Assembly: GCA_963785305.1 (NCBI GenBank)
Contig: CAWAUV010000005.1
Span: 288,001-352,000 of the forward strand
Length of the DNA: 64,000 nucleotides
Direction: 5' to 3'
Source of the DNA: an uncultured Planctomycetaceae bacterium
GTDB taxonomy: Bacteria > Planctomycetota > Planctomycetia > Pirellulales > PALSA-1355
Every line of letters starts with the position of its first letter. Within the stretch, counting starts at the first letter, position 1. The position numbers and the translations under genes were made by a program. Positions 20,568 through 32,144 of this stretch are shown here, piece by piece. Under the pieces are notes generated by a model. The model saw only the letters and a list, made by a program, of their open reading frames with translations. It was not told where the DNA came from and made no database searches.

Positions 20568-21113
20568 ATGGCCGCCATGACCGCTTCGCCCCTCTCCGGA
20601 CGACGCATTCTCGTCTTCGTCGACGATATCTACGAAGACCTCGAACTTTGGTATCCGCGGCTTCGCCTCATCGAGGGCGGAGCCAAGGTCACGGTCGCCG
20701 GGCCCGAGGCCGACCGCGTATACCTGGGCAAACATCACTATCCTTGCCGATCCGATGCGCGGATCGCCGATCAACGCGCGGCCGATTACGACGGGCTCGT
20801 CGTGCCCGGTGGATTCATGCCCGACAAATTGCGGCGCGATGCGCATGTGCTCCAGCTCACGCGCGACTTTTCCGCGGCCGGCAAGCTCGTGGCCGCGATC
20901 TGTCATGGCGGCTGGATTCCCATTTCGGCGGGCGTTTATCGCGGCGTGCGGGTCACGGGCTCGCCGGGCATAAAAGACGACCTGGTCAATGCCGGGGCCT
21001 TGTGGGAAGACGCCGCGGTGGTGGTGGATCGGCATTTTGTCAGCAGCCGCAAGCCCGACGACCTGCCGGATTTTTGTCGCGGGATTTTCCAAGTGATGGC
21101 GGACCATGCTTGA
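20568..21113 (+). CDS. DJ-1/PfpI family type 1 glutamine amidotransferase-like protein
   Basis: YEDLEL, VPGG, AAICHG, SSRKPDDLP. Confidence 0.92.
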   Translation: MAAMTASPLSGRRILVFVDDIYEDLELWYPRLRLIEGGAKVTVAGPEADRVYLGKHHYPCRSDARIADQRAADYDGLVVPGGFMPDKLRRDAHVLQLTRDFSAAGKLVAAICHGGWIPISAGVYRGVRVTGSPGIKDDLVNAGALWEDAAVVVDRHFVSSRKPDDLPDFCRGIFQVMADHA

Positions 21114-21223
21114 AGTCGTCGTGATTTCGCGGATCGCTTGGTTGCCGGAAGCTCGAGCCCGCCGCGGGTCGCGCCGCGCTTTGTTCGGTCCGGCGTCGAG
21201 CGCCCAGGAGGCTGGCTGAAACG

Positions 21224-22342
21224 ATGGATTCCAGCTTCTGGTTGACGCTATTGGGCGTGTTGTTCGTGCCGCTGCTGGTGTTGTGCAACGCGTTTTTCGT
21301 CGCCTCCGAGTTCGCGCTCGTGTCGATGCGGCAAACGCGCGTCGAGGAAATGATCAATGCGCGGCTCAAGGGCGCCAAAAGCATTAAGACCGCGATCCAG
21401 CGCCTGGACGACATCATCGCCATGACCCAGCTCGGCATCACGCTGGCCAGCCTGGCCCTGGGCTGGATCGGCGAGCCGTGCCTGGCGCGCGTCATTCAGC
21501 GCGTGCTGGCCGACATGCCGGGGTCTTGGTCCGAGGTCACGGCCCACGGTATCGCCACGGCGATCGCCTTCACCGGCATCACCTGCATCCATGTGGTGAT
21601 GGGCGAGCTCGCGCCCAAGGCGATCGCGCTCCAGCGGCCCGACGGCATTAGCCTTTGGGTCTGCCGGCCGTTGTTGTGGCTCACGCGGGTGGCGCGACCG
21701 GCAATCGTCAGCTTGAACTTCGTGGGCAATCTCGTGCTTCGCTGGCTGGGCTTCGAGCCGCTCCGGGGACACGAAATGGTCCATTCGGTCGAGGAACTGG
21801 CGCTCTTGGTCGAGGAGACTCGCCGGGCCGGAGTGTTGCGGCAAGATCAAGCCGAGTACTTGCGAAATGTGTTTCGCCTGCCGGCAAAAATGGTGCGAGA
21901 TTGCCTAGTGCCTCGCGAGCGCGTGGCGGCGCTCGAACTGCACATGCCGCAAGACAAAGTGCTCGAAGCCGTGCGGCAGGGCGCCCATACCCGCATGCCG
22001 GTCTACGACCACGACCTGAACAATATCGTGGGCATCGTGAACACGAAGGACCTGTTTCATCTGTTTAGTCTGCAAGGCATGGTGGTGCTCGACGACGCGA
22101 TGTATCCGCCGATTTTCGTGCAGCCGGATCGGCCGATCTCGGAAGTGATGCGCGAGTTTCGGCGGCGCCGGCGGCCGATGGCGATTGTGCGCGAGGCAAA
22201 CGACGGCCCAGTGCTGGGCATCATCACGATGGAAGATATCGTGGAAGAAATCGTGGGCGAGATCGAAGATGAACACGATCTTCCGGCGCCGGGAACCAGC
22301 CCGCCCGCTCCGAAGAGCCGCCGCCCGAAGAAATCGCGATGA
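21224..22342 (+). CDS. Hemolysin-family CNNM/CBS domain membrane protein
   Basis: NAFFVASEFALVS, QLGITLASLALGWIGEP, GELAPK, GIITMEDIVEEIVGEIEDEHD. Confidence 0.93.
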   Translation: MDSSFWLTLLGVLFVPLLVLCNAFFVASEFALVSMRQTRVEEMINARLKGAKSIKTAIQRLDDIIAMTQLGITLASLALGWIGEPCLARVIQRVLADMPGSWSEVTAHGIATAIAFTGITCIHVVMGELAPKAIALQRPDGISLWVCRPLLWLTRVARPAIVSLNFVGNLVLRWLGFEPLRGHEMVHSVEELALLVEETRRAGVLRQDQAEYLRNVFRLPAKMVRDCLVPRERVAALELHMPQDKVLEAVRQGAHTRMPVYDHDLNNIVGIVNTKDLFHLFSLQGMVVLDDAMYPPIFVQPDRPISEVMREFRRRRRPMAIVREANDGPVLGIITMEDIVEEIVGEIEDEHDLPAPGTSPPAPKSRRPKKSR

Positions 22343-22809
22343 AAAATCGCGATAAGCGAATTCGCGCCAGCGGCCGCGCGTCGCCGTCTTATTTTCGATG
22401 GACTCGGCATCCGCGGATTAAATGCGAGATTCCTTAAACTTCCTCCCAACCGCATTCCGAAGACGTAACAGAGTTGCTTGATTTCGAGACGTTCGGCGCA
22501 TATCGTGATGGCGCGAGCCGCCGGACGCTTGAGCCGGCGTTTCACCACGCCCCGAATGCGCCGCCGCGGCGCGAGACCGCGGCGATTCCGCAATTTCGAT
22601 TCGCCCGGCGGTCATCCCATGTTTCCGGATCCCACCTTGAAGTTCGAGCCGCTTGGCGTTTTGAACGCTGGTCGGCGCCGTTGGCGGATGTGTTGTCGAC
22701 GCGGTTGTTAGCGCGAACCCGGCGCGGCGAAATATCGTCAATCGAACACGCCGCTTTCGCCCCGAGGGCTTCCTTTTTCCCACTCGCGATTTTCCGCAGG
22801 ATCATTCCC

Positions 22810-23766
22810 ATGGCGACCGACTTCCGCCGCAAAGAACAGCTTCCGCAGTTGACCGACCGCATCGTGCGGACCTATTCGCAAGTCGGCAAGATCAGTCACT
22901 TGGGCCACTGCCCGCTGCCCCGGCAGGAAGCGATTGTCGATGCGATCGAGGATCTCAAGGAGATTCTTTATCCCGGCTATCGCCGCCGCGAGGGACTGCA
23001 TCTGGGCAACGTGACCTATCACGTGGGCGAATTGATCGACAAATTGCACGACGCGCTCACGCGGCAAATCGGTCGCGCCCTGAGGCATGACGCCGGCCTG
23101 AGTCAGGAATGCGCCAACGATCCCGACTTTGAAGCCCTGGGCCAAGCCAAGGCGATCTTGTTTCTCGAACAATTGCCCGACTTGCGAAAGCAGCTCGCGC
23201 TCGATGTGCAAGCCGCCTACGATGGCGATCCGGCCGTCCGCTCGCAAGACGAAGTGATCTTTTGCTATCCGGGCCTCGAGGCGATCACGGTCTATCGCCT
23301 CGCGCACGTGCTCTATGAACTCGATGTGCCGCTCATTCCGCGCATCATGACCGAATGGGCGCACTCGAAGACCGGCATCGATATCCATCCCGGGGCCAAG
23401 ATCGGCCCGCATTTTTTTATCGACCACGGCACGGGCGTCGTCATCGGGCAGACATGCGAGATCGGCGCCCATGTGAAGCTTTATCAAGGCGTGACGCTCG
23501 GCGCGATCAGCTTTCCGACCGATGGCGACGGCAATTTGGTGCGCGGCGCGAAGCGCCACCCGACGATCGAAGACCGCGTGGTGATCTATGCCAATGCCAC
23601 CGTGCTCGGCGGCGCCACGGTGATCGGCCACGACTCGGTGATCGGGTCCAGCGTGTGGCTCACGCGCGGTGTCGAGCCCCACACGACCGTGGTGCTCGAA
23701 AAACCGAAGCTCCGCATGAAAGCCGACCTGGCCGAAATCGGCGCCGATCAGAACTGGGTGATCTGA
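22810..23766 (+). CDS. cysE: Serine O-acetyltransferase
   Basis: [41 protein letters not shown]. Confidence 0.9.
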   Translation: MATDFRRKEQLPQLTDRIVRTYSQVGKISHLGHCPLPRQEAIVDAIEDLKEILYPGYRRREGLHLGNVTYHVGELIDKLHDALTRQIGRALRHDAGLSQECANDPDFEALGQAKAILFLEQLPDLRKQLALDVQAAYDGDPAVRSQDEVIFCYPGLEAITVYRLAHVLYELDVPLIPRIMTEWAHSKTGIDIHPGAKIGPHFFIDHGTGVVIGQTCEIGAHVKLYQGVTLGAISFPTDGDGNLVRGAKRHPTIEDRVVIYANATVLGGATVIGHDSVIGSSVWLTRGVEPHTTVVLEKPKLRMKADLAEIGADQNWVI

Positions 23767-23800
23767 ACTGGGTGATTCGAACCGCGCCTCGCGCTCGGAT

Positions 23801-25724
23801 TCATTTCGAGCGCACATAAAGCACGCAGCTCCAAGGCGGCAACGAAAATATCGGGCCCATTTGCGCCTCACTCGGTCGCCAAACCTCGGGCGCCTGGTCG
23901 CCGGGTCCGTTCCACGCGACGGCCGCGGAATCAAATGCCTTGCGCCATGAGCCGGTCGTTGGCAATTCGAGCGGCGGAAGCTCGGCGGTGGGCGTTGCCG
24001 ACCGGGGACCGAAATTGAGCAGCGCCCAGATCGCGTCGCCGCCGCTCTGGCGCAGCATCATCACCAGCGGGCCGCCGGGCGCCAGCGCACCGTGGCGGAG
24101 TCGCGGCTCGGCTCGCGAATCGCCGGATGCTCGCGGCGGAGCGTGAGCAGTCGTTGATAAAGTCGCCACAGCACCGCGTGCCGGCCATGCGAGCGCAGCG
24201 TCGAAATCGAGGCGACTCGCGACAAACGTTTCCACCGCCGCCGGATCGGCAAAAGCGGCCGCGGCGCCAAAACCGGGCGAATTCCCGCTTGCGCCCGCGC
24301 GCACGACTTGCGATAAGCGCCGGGTCGCCGTGGTCGACGAAATAATGAAACGGCGCCGGCTCGTCGTATTCCTCGCCCATGAACAGCAGCGGCACATAGG
24401 GTGAGAGCAGCATCGTGGCCGGCGGCGAGCTTGAGCCGCTCGAAGTCGCACAAGTGGCCGAGCCGTTCGCCGCCGGGTCGATTGCCCACTTCATCGTGGT
24501 TTTGCACGAACGAGAGAAAGCGATCGGCCGCCGCGTTGCCCGCCGGGACGCCATGGCGCCGGCCACGATAGCGCGAATATTGCCCGGTGATGACATATCC
24601 CTCGCGAATCGCTTTCGTCACATCGTCGACCGAACCGAAGTCGGCATAGAATCCATGCCGCTCGCCGGTGATGCAGCGCGTGCATGGCCCGGCCAAAATC
24701 ATCGACCCACTGCGCGTCGAGCCCCAGCCCACCTTCGGCGGCTGGCTGAACCGAGGCCGGATGATTGCGATTCGTCTCGGCGATGAGAAACACCGGCCGG
24801 CCGAGTTCGCGCCCGCGGGCATGCACGGCGTCGGCGAGCTCCCGCAGAAAGGGGTGGGCCGAGACATCGAAGATCGCATGCACGGCGTCGAGCCGCAGGG
24901 CATCGAAGTGAAACTCGTCGATCCACTGCGAGCGCGTTGTCGATGAAATATCGCCGCACGTCGTCGCTCGAGCGGCCATCGAAATTCAGGGCTTCGCCCC
25001 AGGGCGTGCGATAGCGATCGGTGAAATACGGCCCGTATTGCGCGATATAGTTCCCTTCGGGCCCCAGGTGGTTGTAAACCACATCGAGCACCGCCGAGAG
25101 CCCGCGCCGGTGGCAGGCGTCGACCAGTCGCTTGAGCGCCTTGGCGCCGCCATAGGAATGCTGCACGGCAAAGGGATACACGCCATCGTAGCCCCAGTTC
25201 CGCTCGCCCGGACACTGGGCCACCGGCATGATCTCGATCGCGTTGACACCGAGCTCGACGAGCGCGTCGAGTCGCGCGATCGCGGCGTCGAACGTGCCCT
25301 CGGGCGTGAAAGCGCCCACATGCAATTCATAGACCACGAAATCGCGCAGTTCGGCACCGCGCCAAGCCGAATCGGTCCAAGCGAATGCTTCATCGACCAC
25401 GGCCGAGGGACCATGCACGCCCTCGGGTTGCGAGCGCGACACCGGGTCGGAATATTCGCGGCCGGCGGCCCGGGCGCCATAAAGCCGGTAGCGATAGAGG
25501 CGCCCCTCGGGCAACTTCGCGACCACGGCCCGAAAGTAATGGCCGGGCAAGCGCTCCATTTGCACGAGCCGATCGACGGGGGCGAGTAGGTGGACCTTGA
25601 CCTTGGTGGCGAAGGGAGCCCACGCCACGAACTGCACGCCGCCATCGGCCAAGCACGAAGCGCCGAGCTTGAACTGCTGAACGTCGACCGGTGAACTTTC
25701 CACGCGGGGAGGCATCCGTTCCAA
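23801..25724 (-). CDS. treZ: Malto-oligosyltrehalose trehalohydrolase (GH13), split by several frameshifts
   Basis: [62 protein letters not shown] across frames. Confidence 0.9.
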
Positions 25725-25781
25725 GAAAGCTTTGCGATTCGCCGCGAGTGATCCGGCGTTGGGCGATCGGGAGTCGCGCGA

Positions 25782-26381
25782 TCAGGCCTTGGGGGCCGGC
25801 TTGAAATAGTCCGGCTCCTGGCCGGGTTTCCACTTGATATTGCAGCCGATGCTGGCCCGCTGCTCGGCCGAGACCGGTTGGCCGGACAGCACCGCGTCGA
25901 GGGCGCGGCGCAAATCGACACCGGTCACGGGAATGCCGGAGTTCGGCCGGCTGGAGTCCATTTGGCCGCGATAGACAAGCCGCTGACGCGAATCGAACAC
26001 ATAGAAGTCGGGCGTGCACGCGGCGTGGTAGGCTTTGGCCACGGACTGCGTGTCGTCGTGGAGATAGGGAAATTCGTAGCCGCGTTCCTGGGCTTCGGCG
26101 ACCATTTGTTCGGGGGAATCGGCCGGATACTTCTCGGCGTCGTTCGAATTGATGCCCACCACCGCCACGCCGCGGGCCATGTAGTCGCGGGCCATATCCG
26201 CGATGCCCATCGCCACATGTTTCACATAGGGGCAATGGTTGCAGATAAACATCACGAGCAACGCCCTCGCGCCGACGAAATCGCCCAGCGACATTTCGCG
26301 GCCATCGATGTTCGGTAGCGAGAAGTCGGGCGCTTTCGTGCCCAGGGGAAGCATTGTGCTGGGGGTCAGAACCATCGGCAA
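25782..26381 (-). CDS. Thioredoxin-fold AhpC/TSA-like redoxin
   Basis: APDFSLP, FICNHCPYV, AACTPDF, SIGCNIKWK. Confidence 0.92.
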   Translation of the reverse strand: MPMVLTPSTMLPLGTKAPDFSLPNIDGREMSLGDFVGARALLVMFICNHCPYVKHVAMGIADMARDYMARGVAVVGINSNDAEKYPADSPEQMVAEAQERGYEFPYLHDDTQSVAKAYHAACTPDFYVFDSRQRLVYRGQMDSSRPNSGIPVTGVDLRRALDAVLSGQPVSAEQRASIGCNIKWKPGQEPDYFKPAPKA

Positions 26382-26455
26382 GCAAACTCCAAGGAACGAG
26401 ATCGAAAAAAAAATTGCGGCGGCCGAGCGACTCGAACCGCCGGGCGCCTTATGTT

Positions 26456-26535
26456 AGAGCCTATCCGTAAACTTCGGCGAGCCCTCGCCCTGGCCTCTCC
26501 CAGGCGGAGAGGGGGGCAGTTGTCGGATAGGCTCT
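26456..26535. mobile_element. ~80-bp MITE-like element enclosing a REP-like hairpin
   Basis: IRs AGAGCCTATCCG..AACT / AGTT..CGGATAGGCTCT around CCCTCGCCC...GGAGAGGG. Confidence 0.6.
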
Positions 26536-26554
26536 TGACTCGGCGCCTTCCGAC

Positions 26555-27886
26555 TCATGCAAGCGACAATTTTCCGTTGCTGTCGCCCAGCATGTCGATC
26601 GACGACTGCATGCGGTCGAGCAGCGCGAGATAGAGGTTGTTCAGCGGCGTTTCGCGGTCGTGGATCACATGGCGCCCGGTGTCGATCGTGCCTCCGCCGC
26701 GGCCGATCAACACGATCGGCAGATCGTGATGCTGGTGGCGGTTGCCATCGGAGATGCCGCTGCCGTAGACGATCATGCAATTGTCGAGCAGCGTGCCGGG
26801 CCCTTCTTGAATGCCGGCCATCTTGTCGATCATAAGGGCGAACTGGTCGATATGAAAGCGATTGATCTTTTGGATTTTCGCCTGCTTCTCGGCGTTGTTG
26901 CCATGATGCGAAAGATCGTGGTGCCCTTCGCGCACATCGATAAACGAATAGCTGCGATTGCTCCCTTCGTTTTCCATGGCGAAGGTGACCACGCGCGTCA
27001 CATCGGCCTGATAGGCAAGCACCATGAGATCGCACATCAGGCGAATGTGCTCGGCGTAGGACTTCGGCAGTCCCGCCGGACGGGGAAATTCGCCGGGCGG
27101 CTCGCGGCGGGCTTCTTGTTCCGACCGCTGGATGCGCTGCTCGACCTCGCGCACCGAATTGAAATATTCATCGAGCTTGCGGCGATCCTTGACGCCGACC
27201 CGCGATTGCAAGCGGCGGGCATCTTCGAGCGCGAAGTCGAGAATGCTCTCGCGATAGCGCGCCTGCCGCTGGCGGCCTTGCTCGTCGCCCGAGCCAAACA
27301 TCCGCTCGAAGACCGAGCGGGGATTGATGTCCTTGGGCATCGGCGTGTTTTCGCCGCGCCAGGAGAGATTCGACGAATAGGCGCAGCTATAACCCGAATC
27401 GCAATTGCCGGCCTGCCCGCCGCCGACGCAACCGATTTCGAGCGAGGCGAGCGGAGTCTGGCCGCGAAGCCGTTCGGCCGCCACCTGATCGACCGACACG
27501 CCGACCCGAATATCGGCCCCGTGCGTTTTTCGAATTTGCACTCCGGTCAAAAAGGTCGACATGCTCCGGGCATGATCGCCACCGCCGTCGCCATTGGCTC
27601 GAGCCTTGGTCTGCGCGAGCCCCGAGAGCACGAGCATGTTTTGCCGGTGCTTGGCGAGCGGCTCGAGCAGCGAGGGCAGCTCGAAATCGCGGCCCGGGTC
27701 CTTGGGCGTCCAGGCGGGCATGTGCATGCCATTGGGCACATAGACGAAACCCATCCGCCGCGGCAAGGGGGCGCCCTTCTCATCGGCCCAAAGCGAAGCG
27801 GCGGGCATCGCGTCGAGCAGCGGCAGCGCCAAGCTCACGCCCAGGCCGCGCAACACCGTGCGACGAGAGATTCGTGCGACGCTCAT
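26555..27886 (-). CDS. DUF1552 domain protein (Tat-like signal)
   Basis: SRRTVLRGLGVSLALPLLDAM, YVPNG, GNCDSGYSCAY, HHDLSHH, DGNRHQH. Confidence 0.92.
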   Translation of the reverse strand: MSVARISRRTVLRGLGVSLALPLLDAMPAASLWADEKGAPLPRRMGFVYVPNGMHMPAWTPKDPGRDFELPSLLEPLAKHRQNMLVLSGLAQTKARANGDGGGDHARSMSTFLTGVQIRKTHGADIRVGVSVDQVAAERLRGQTPLASLEIGCVGGGQAGNCDSGYSCAYSSNLSWRGENTPMPKDINPRSVFERMFGSGDEQGRQRQARYRESILDFALEDARRLQSRVGVKDRRKLDEYFNSVREVEQRIQRSEQEARREPPGEFPRPAGLPKSYAEHIRLMCDLMVLAYQADVTRVVTFAMENEGSNRSYSFIDVREGHHDLSHHGNNAEKQAKIQKINRFHIDQFALMIDKMAGIQEGPGTLLDNCMIVYGSGISDGNRHQHHDLPIVLIGRGGGTIDTGRHVIHDRETPLNNLYLALLDRMQSSIDMLGDSNGKLSLA

Positions 27887-27955
27887 AGCGGGTCTCCCCA
27901 TAAAAAATGACGGTTCCGACTCGCGGACCATAACTGGCGATTCGCCCCCGCCGAC

Positions 27956-30274
27956 TCAGGGCGTGGCCGCCGCGGATCGCCTGCGAAACGGATCGCTCTT
28001 CACCACTGCCAAAATCATGCTTTGCAGGCGGTCGTCGGTCTCGCTCGCGGCCACGATCGCGTCGACTGCCTGTTGGTCATCGTACTCGAGTCCGCGCCCG
28101 ATTGCATAGGTAAGCAACTTTTCGGCCATACAGCGGAGGAAAAGCGTTCGGCGACTCTTAAGCACGCCCTTGAGTTCTCGCGGTCCGCGAAATGTTTGGC
28201 CGCCCGGCAACTCGCCCGAGGCGTCGACCGGCGCCCCGCCGTCGCGCTCGCGCCAGGCTCCGATCGCGTCGAAGTTTTCGAGCCCAAATCCGAGCGGGTC
28301 CATCGTTTTGTGACACACGGCGCACTCGGCTTTGTCGCGATGGGCGGACATGCGTTCGCGGAGCGTGCCCTGGAGCGGGCCGGCGTCTTTTTCGGCTAGC
28401 GGCGGCGCGTCGGGCGGAGGCGCGGGGGGCGGAGTTCCCAACAAGTTCTCAAGCACCCAGCGGCCGCGTTTCACCGGCGAGGTGCGGGTCGGATTCGAGG
28501 TCAATGCGAGCACGCTCGCCTCGCCCAGAAGTCCGCCGCGCTGCTCTGGCGGAAGCGCGACCCGGCGAAACTCGGCGCCCATTCCGCCCGGAAGACCATA
28601 GTGCCGGGCAAGTCGATCGTTCACAAATGTATAATCGGCGTCGAGAAACTCCATGACGCTGTGATTCTCTCGCAAAATGGCGGAGAAAAAAAGTTCGGTC
28701 TCGCGAATCATCGCCGCCCGCAGCGGCTCGTCAAACGCCGGAAAATCCTTCGTATCCGGCGCAAGCGAGCGCACCAGTCGCAATTGCAACCACTGGCCGG
28801 CGAAGTTCGTCACCAGGGCCTCGCTCTTCGCGTCGCGCAGCATCCGCCCCACCTGGGCCTCCAGCACATCGGGTTCGGTGAGTTTGTTCTGCCGAGCCAG
28901 CGTCAGCAGTTCATGGTCGGGCATCGTGCTCCACAGAAAGTACGACAGCCGGCTAGCCAACTCGAACGGACTCACCTCGTAGGCCGCGCCCGGCGCGACT
29001 CCGGGCGGATCGAGTTCGACACGGTAGAGAAAATGCGGCGACACGAGCACCGCCTGCATTACCAATCGCATGCCTTGCTCGAAGCTCTGGCCATCGGAGA
29101 TCGCGAGCTCGAAGAGCTTGAGCAACCGTTCGACTTCATCGGGCCGCGCCGGGCGGCGATAGGCGCGCGAGGCAAACTTCTTGATGAACTCCTCGGCGTC
29201 GGCCCGCTGGGTCTCGGCCCCGGGCTTGCGCGGGATAATGCGGCGATGACTCTCGGGAAGTTTCGAAAAATCATCGCTCAGCGGACCGCACACATCGACC
29301 TGCATCACCGCCAGATTCCGATCACGGCGATGCGCGTCGGGATTTTCGGGCTCATAGTAATCGTTGATAAAGGCGAGAGTGATGCGATGATCGCCCACCT
29401 TGAGCGGCAGCCTGTGGGTGTAGTCGCGCGGGGCGTTGGCCTCGGCCGTGACATCGAACACCGTCTGTTTCTCGCCATCGACCGAGAGCTCCATCTTGGC
29501 GGGTTCGCTCCCCGCTTGATCGCCAAACGCCGTGACCCGCACCAGGAATTCACCGGCGGCGTCGACCGTGGCCTTGCAATACACTTCGCCATTGGTCGCC
29601 AGATAGCGGCCGCCATATTCCTCGCGCGCGACTTTGCTCTTCAGCCGCTTGTCGGTCAAGCTGGCCTGCACTCGTGGCGGACCTGGAACCACGATCGCCG
29701 CTTCGGAAATGCGGCGGGCCGCGGCCAAATATTTCTCCAAGAGCAGTGGCGGCGTCGAGAGCACATCGCCGATATTGTCGAAGCCATAGCCCACGTCGTC
29801 GGACGGGAAATCCTGGGCGGGGTGAAAGTCGATACCCGCGAGATCGTGGATCGTGTTGTCGTATTCGGCGCGATTCAGCCGGCGGAGCGTCACGCGGCCG
29901 GGGTTGATCGTGGGCGTTTGACCACCGGCAAGCACCACCCGCACCGCGTCGACGAATTGTCGCCGCTCGGCCGCGGTGGGCTGGGGAGCATCGTCGGGCG
30001 GCATGTCTTCGGCTCGCACTCGCCGCGAAACCTTTTGCCACGCGTCACGATTGCTCGCCAACGACGGCGCGTCGGCAAAGCGGGCCAGATCGAGCGAGGC
30101 TTCCGGCTTGGCGCCGCCATGACAGTCGAGACACAGTCGCTCGACCAGCGGTCGCACTTGCGAACTGAATTCACTCTGGGCTCGCGCCACCCCAGTGGAC
30201 GCGGGCATCGCCTTGTTTTCATCGGCGCCGAGGGTGGGACCCGCGATTGCGAAAAGCGCCACCACGGTAAGCAT
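27956..30274 (-). CDS. Planctomycete cytochrome c / DUF1592-type multidomain protein
   Basis: CLDCH and CAVCH heme motifs, RRLNRAEYDNT, ELASRLSYFLWS, RTSPVKRG; start uncertain. Confidence 0.9.
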   Translation of the reverse strand: MLTVVALFAIAGPTLGADENKAMPASTGVARAQSEFSSQVRPLVERLCLDCHGGAKPEASLDLARFADAPSLASNRDAWQKVSRRVRAEDMPPDDAPQPTAAERRQFVDAVRVVLAGGQTPTINPGRVTLRRLNRAEYDNTIHDLAGIDFHPAQDFPSDDVGYGFDNIGDVLSTPPLLLEKYLAAARRISEAAIVVPGPPRVQASLTDKRLKSKVAREEYGGRYLATNGEVYCKATVDAAGEFLVRVTAFGDQAGSEPAKMELSVDGEKQTVFDVTAEANAPRDYTHRLPLKVGDHRITLAFINDYYEPENPDAHRRDRNLAVMQVDVCGPLSDDFSKLPESHRRIIPRKPGAETQRADAEEFIKKFASRAYRRPARPDEVERLLKLFELAISDGQSFEQGMRLVMQAVLVSPHFLYRVELDPPGVAPGAAYEVSPFELASRLSYFLWSTMPDHELLTLARQNKLTEPDVLEAQVGRMLRDAKSEALVTNFAGQWLQLRLVRSLAPDTKDFPAFDEPLRAAMIRETELFFSAILRENHSVMEFLDADYTFVNDRLARHYGLPGGMGAEFRRVALPPEQRGGLLGEASVLALTSNPTRTSPVKRGRWVLENLLGTPPPAPPPDAPPLAEKDAGPLQGTLRERMSAHRDKAECAVCHKTMDPLGFGLENFDAIGAWRERDGGAPVDASGELPGGQTFRGPRELKGVLKSRRTLFLRCMAEKLLTYAIGRGLEYDDQQAVDAIVAASETDDRLQSMILAVVKSDPFRRRSAAATP

Positions 30275-30729
30275 TGTCCCAAGGCATCGCTGAATGCGTC
30301 GCGCGATGCTTCTCGGGAAGCGACATGGCTTGGGCGCGTGGCGAAGCGGCAAAGTCACGGTCGGAGCGCACTTGCGAAAGCGGCAAGCAGCATTCATGCA
30401 AGGAAACCGATCAAAATCGGAAGCGGCGGGGGTGGGTGTCGATCGCGGCGGGAGTCTTCTCTCGAACTCCAGCGGGCATGGCATTGTGGCCCGGTCGCAA
30501 TTGCGGCGGTCGCATTTATCGCGGTCGGGGCGTCGCAATGCGCCGTTCATTCGCCGGCTGGCGTCAACGGCATCATTGTATCAGCTTTTTGCGAAAACGA
30601 ATGCCGATCAAGAAAAATTTTCGCGGAATCCCGACCGGCCCGGCCGGCGGATTAGCCTCGCCGAACACGTTGCGGTGGACCCTCGTCCTACCCTCTCCCC
30701 AGGGGAGAGGGCGAGCGGTCGGATCGGCT

Positions 30730-32107
30730 CTAAAGCAAATGGCGGGCTTTGGCGTCGAGATAGCGATTCACCAGTTGGGCCGTGAGTTGCTCGGGAAAGG
30801 CGTCGACCGTGAGCACGCCGCTCGACTGGAGATCGGCGATCGCCTGCCGCCGCCAGAGCAGCACTTCGGCCGCGGCCACGGCGGTAAAAAGCTGCGAATC
30901 GCTTTCGACCGGCCCATCGGCCAGGGAAAACATCCGCCGATCCCGCAGCAGCACCCCCAGCGGCAAATGCCGGCCCACCTGATTGGCCAGATAACGCTGG
31001 ATTTGGCCGGCGTTGACATCATCGATCACATTGGTCAGTAGCACGACGAGCGATCGCTTGCGGGCGTGGGAGGCCAGATGCAAAAACGCCTGATCGTAGC
31101 GCGACTCGACCAGCCGCGGAAAGCGGTCGTAGGTGGCATGCAAGAGCCGGTTCATCTGCGCCATGCCGCCCTTGGCCGGCACATAGCAATGAATTTGATC
31201 GGAAAAACAGAGTAGCCCCACCGAGTCGCCTTGCCGCAGCGCCACGAAGCTCAGCATCAGCAGCGCGTTCAACGCATAGTCGAGCAGTGAAAGTCCCGCG
31301 TGGCGGTTGGTCATCATGCGCCCGCAATCGACCAGAAACATCACTCGCTGACTCTGGTTGGCCTGAAAGTCCTTGACGGTCAATCGACCGCGCCGGGCCG
31401 TGCTGCGCCAGTCGATGAACTTATAGTTGTCGTCGGGTGTGTAATCGCGCAATCGCTCGAATTCGTTGTCTTGCCCGATCCGGCGCGTGCGGCGAACGCC
31501 CACCAAGCTTAGGCGGTTGGTTCGCGCGAGCAGCGCGTATTCACCCAATTGGCCGATATCGGGATAGACACTGCAGCGCGGTCGCGACCGGAGTTCGGAT
31601 TTGTCGGCGCCAAAAGACGAACCGGCTGCGGGTCTCGAAATAAACCTGCTCGAGCCGAAACGACCCGCGTCGCGACGCGCTCAATTGATAATGCACCACC
31701 GATCGGCTACTCGGCGGCAAAATGAGCTTGAAGTGATCGGGTTCTTGGGTGAGCGCTTCCGGCTTGTCGTCGCGCGCTTCCACCCAAAGCTCGCGGGCCG
31801 AGCGATTGATCAGCGTCAGTTCGACCCGTTGCGACTTGCCAAGCGAAAAGATCGGGCTCGTCACCCGCTCCGCCGCCAAGTGTCGCGCCCTCGGCAATGT
31901 AAACAGATCAGCCGCCGCGACGATCACCAACGCCCCGTTGACCGCCAGCAGCGGCCACACCAGATCGTCGGACACCAGCACCGCGAGCGACAACGCGGCC
32001 GGCGCGAGCATCATGAGCACCAGCGGCTGGCGCGGATACGCGCGCAGCGCGAGCGCCAGCGCCGCCAGCGCCACGATCAACGACAGGGGAATCCAGACCG
32101 GATTCAT
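30730..32107 (-). CDS. DUF58 domain protein (frameshift ~31560)
   Basis: EFERLRDY, IDWRSTARRG, VDCGRMM; adjacent to MoxR. Confidence 0.9.
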
Positions 32108-32144
32108 CCGCTTGGTTCTCTTTCTTCGTATCCCCGGCCGATGC

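Noticed and set aside
22343..22809. SAM or other riboswitch upstream of cysE
   Set aside because: No recognisable consensus; the long ORF extension from 22474 also looks spurious.
23801..25724. treZ and other core genes as true pseudogenes
   Set aside because: Only single-base indels, mostly at GCGC, with motifs intact; sequencing error is more likely but cannot be proven here.
28601..30655. Long antisense ORFs (also 18547-20295, 26660-27910, 38984-40288, 53300-55222)
   Set aside because: Shadow frames of well-supported genes in high-GC DNA, with no motifs.
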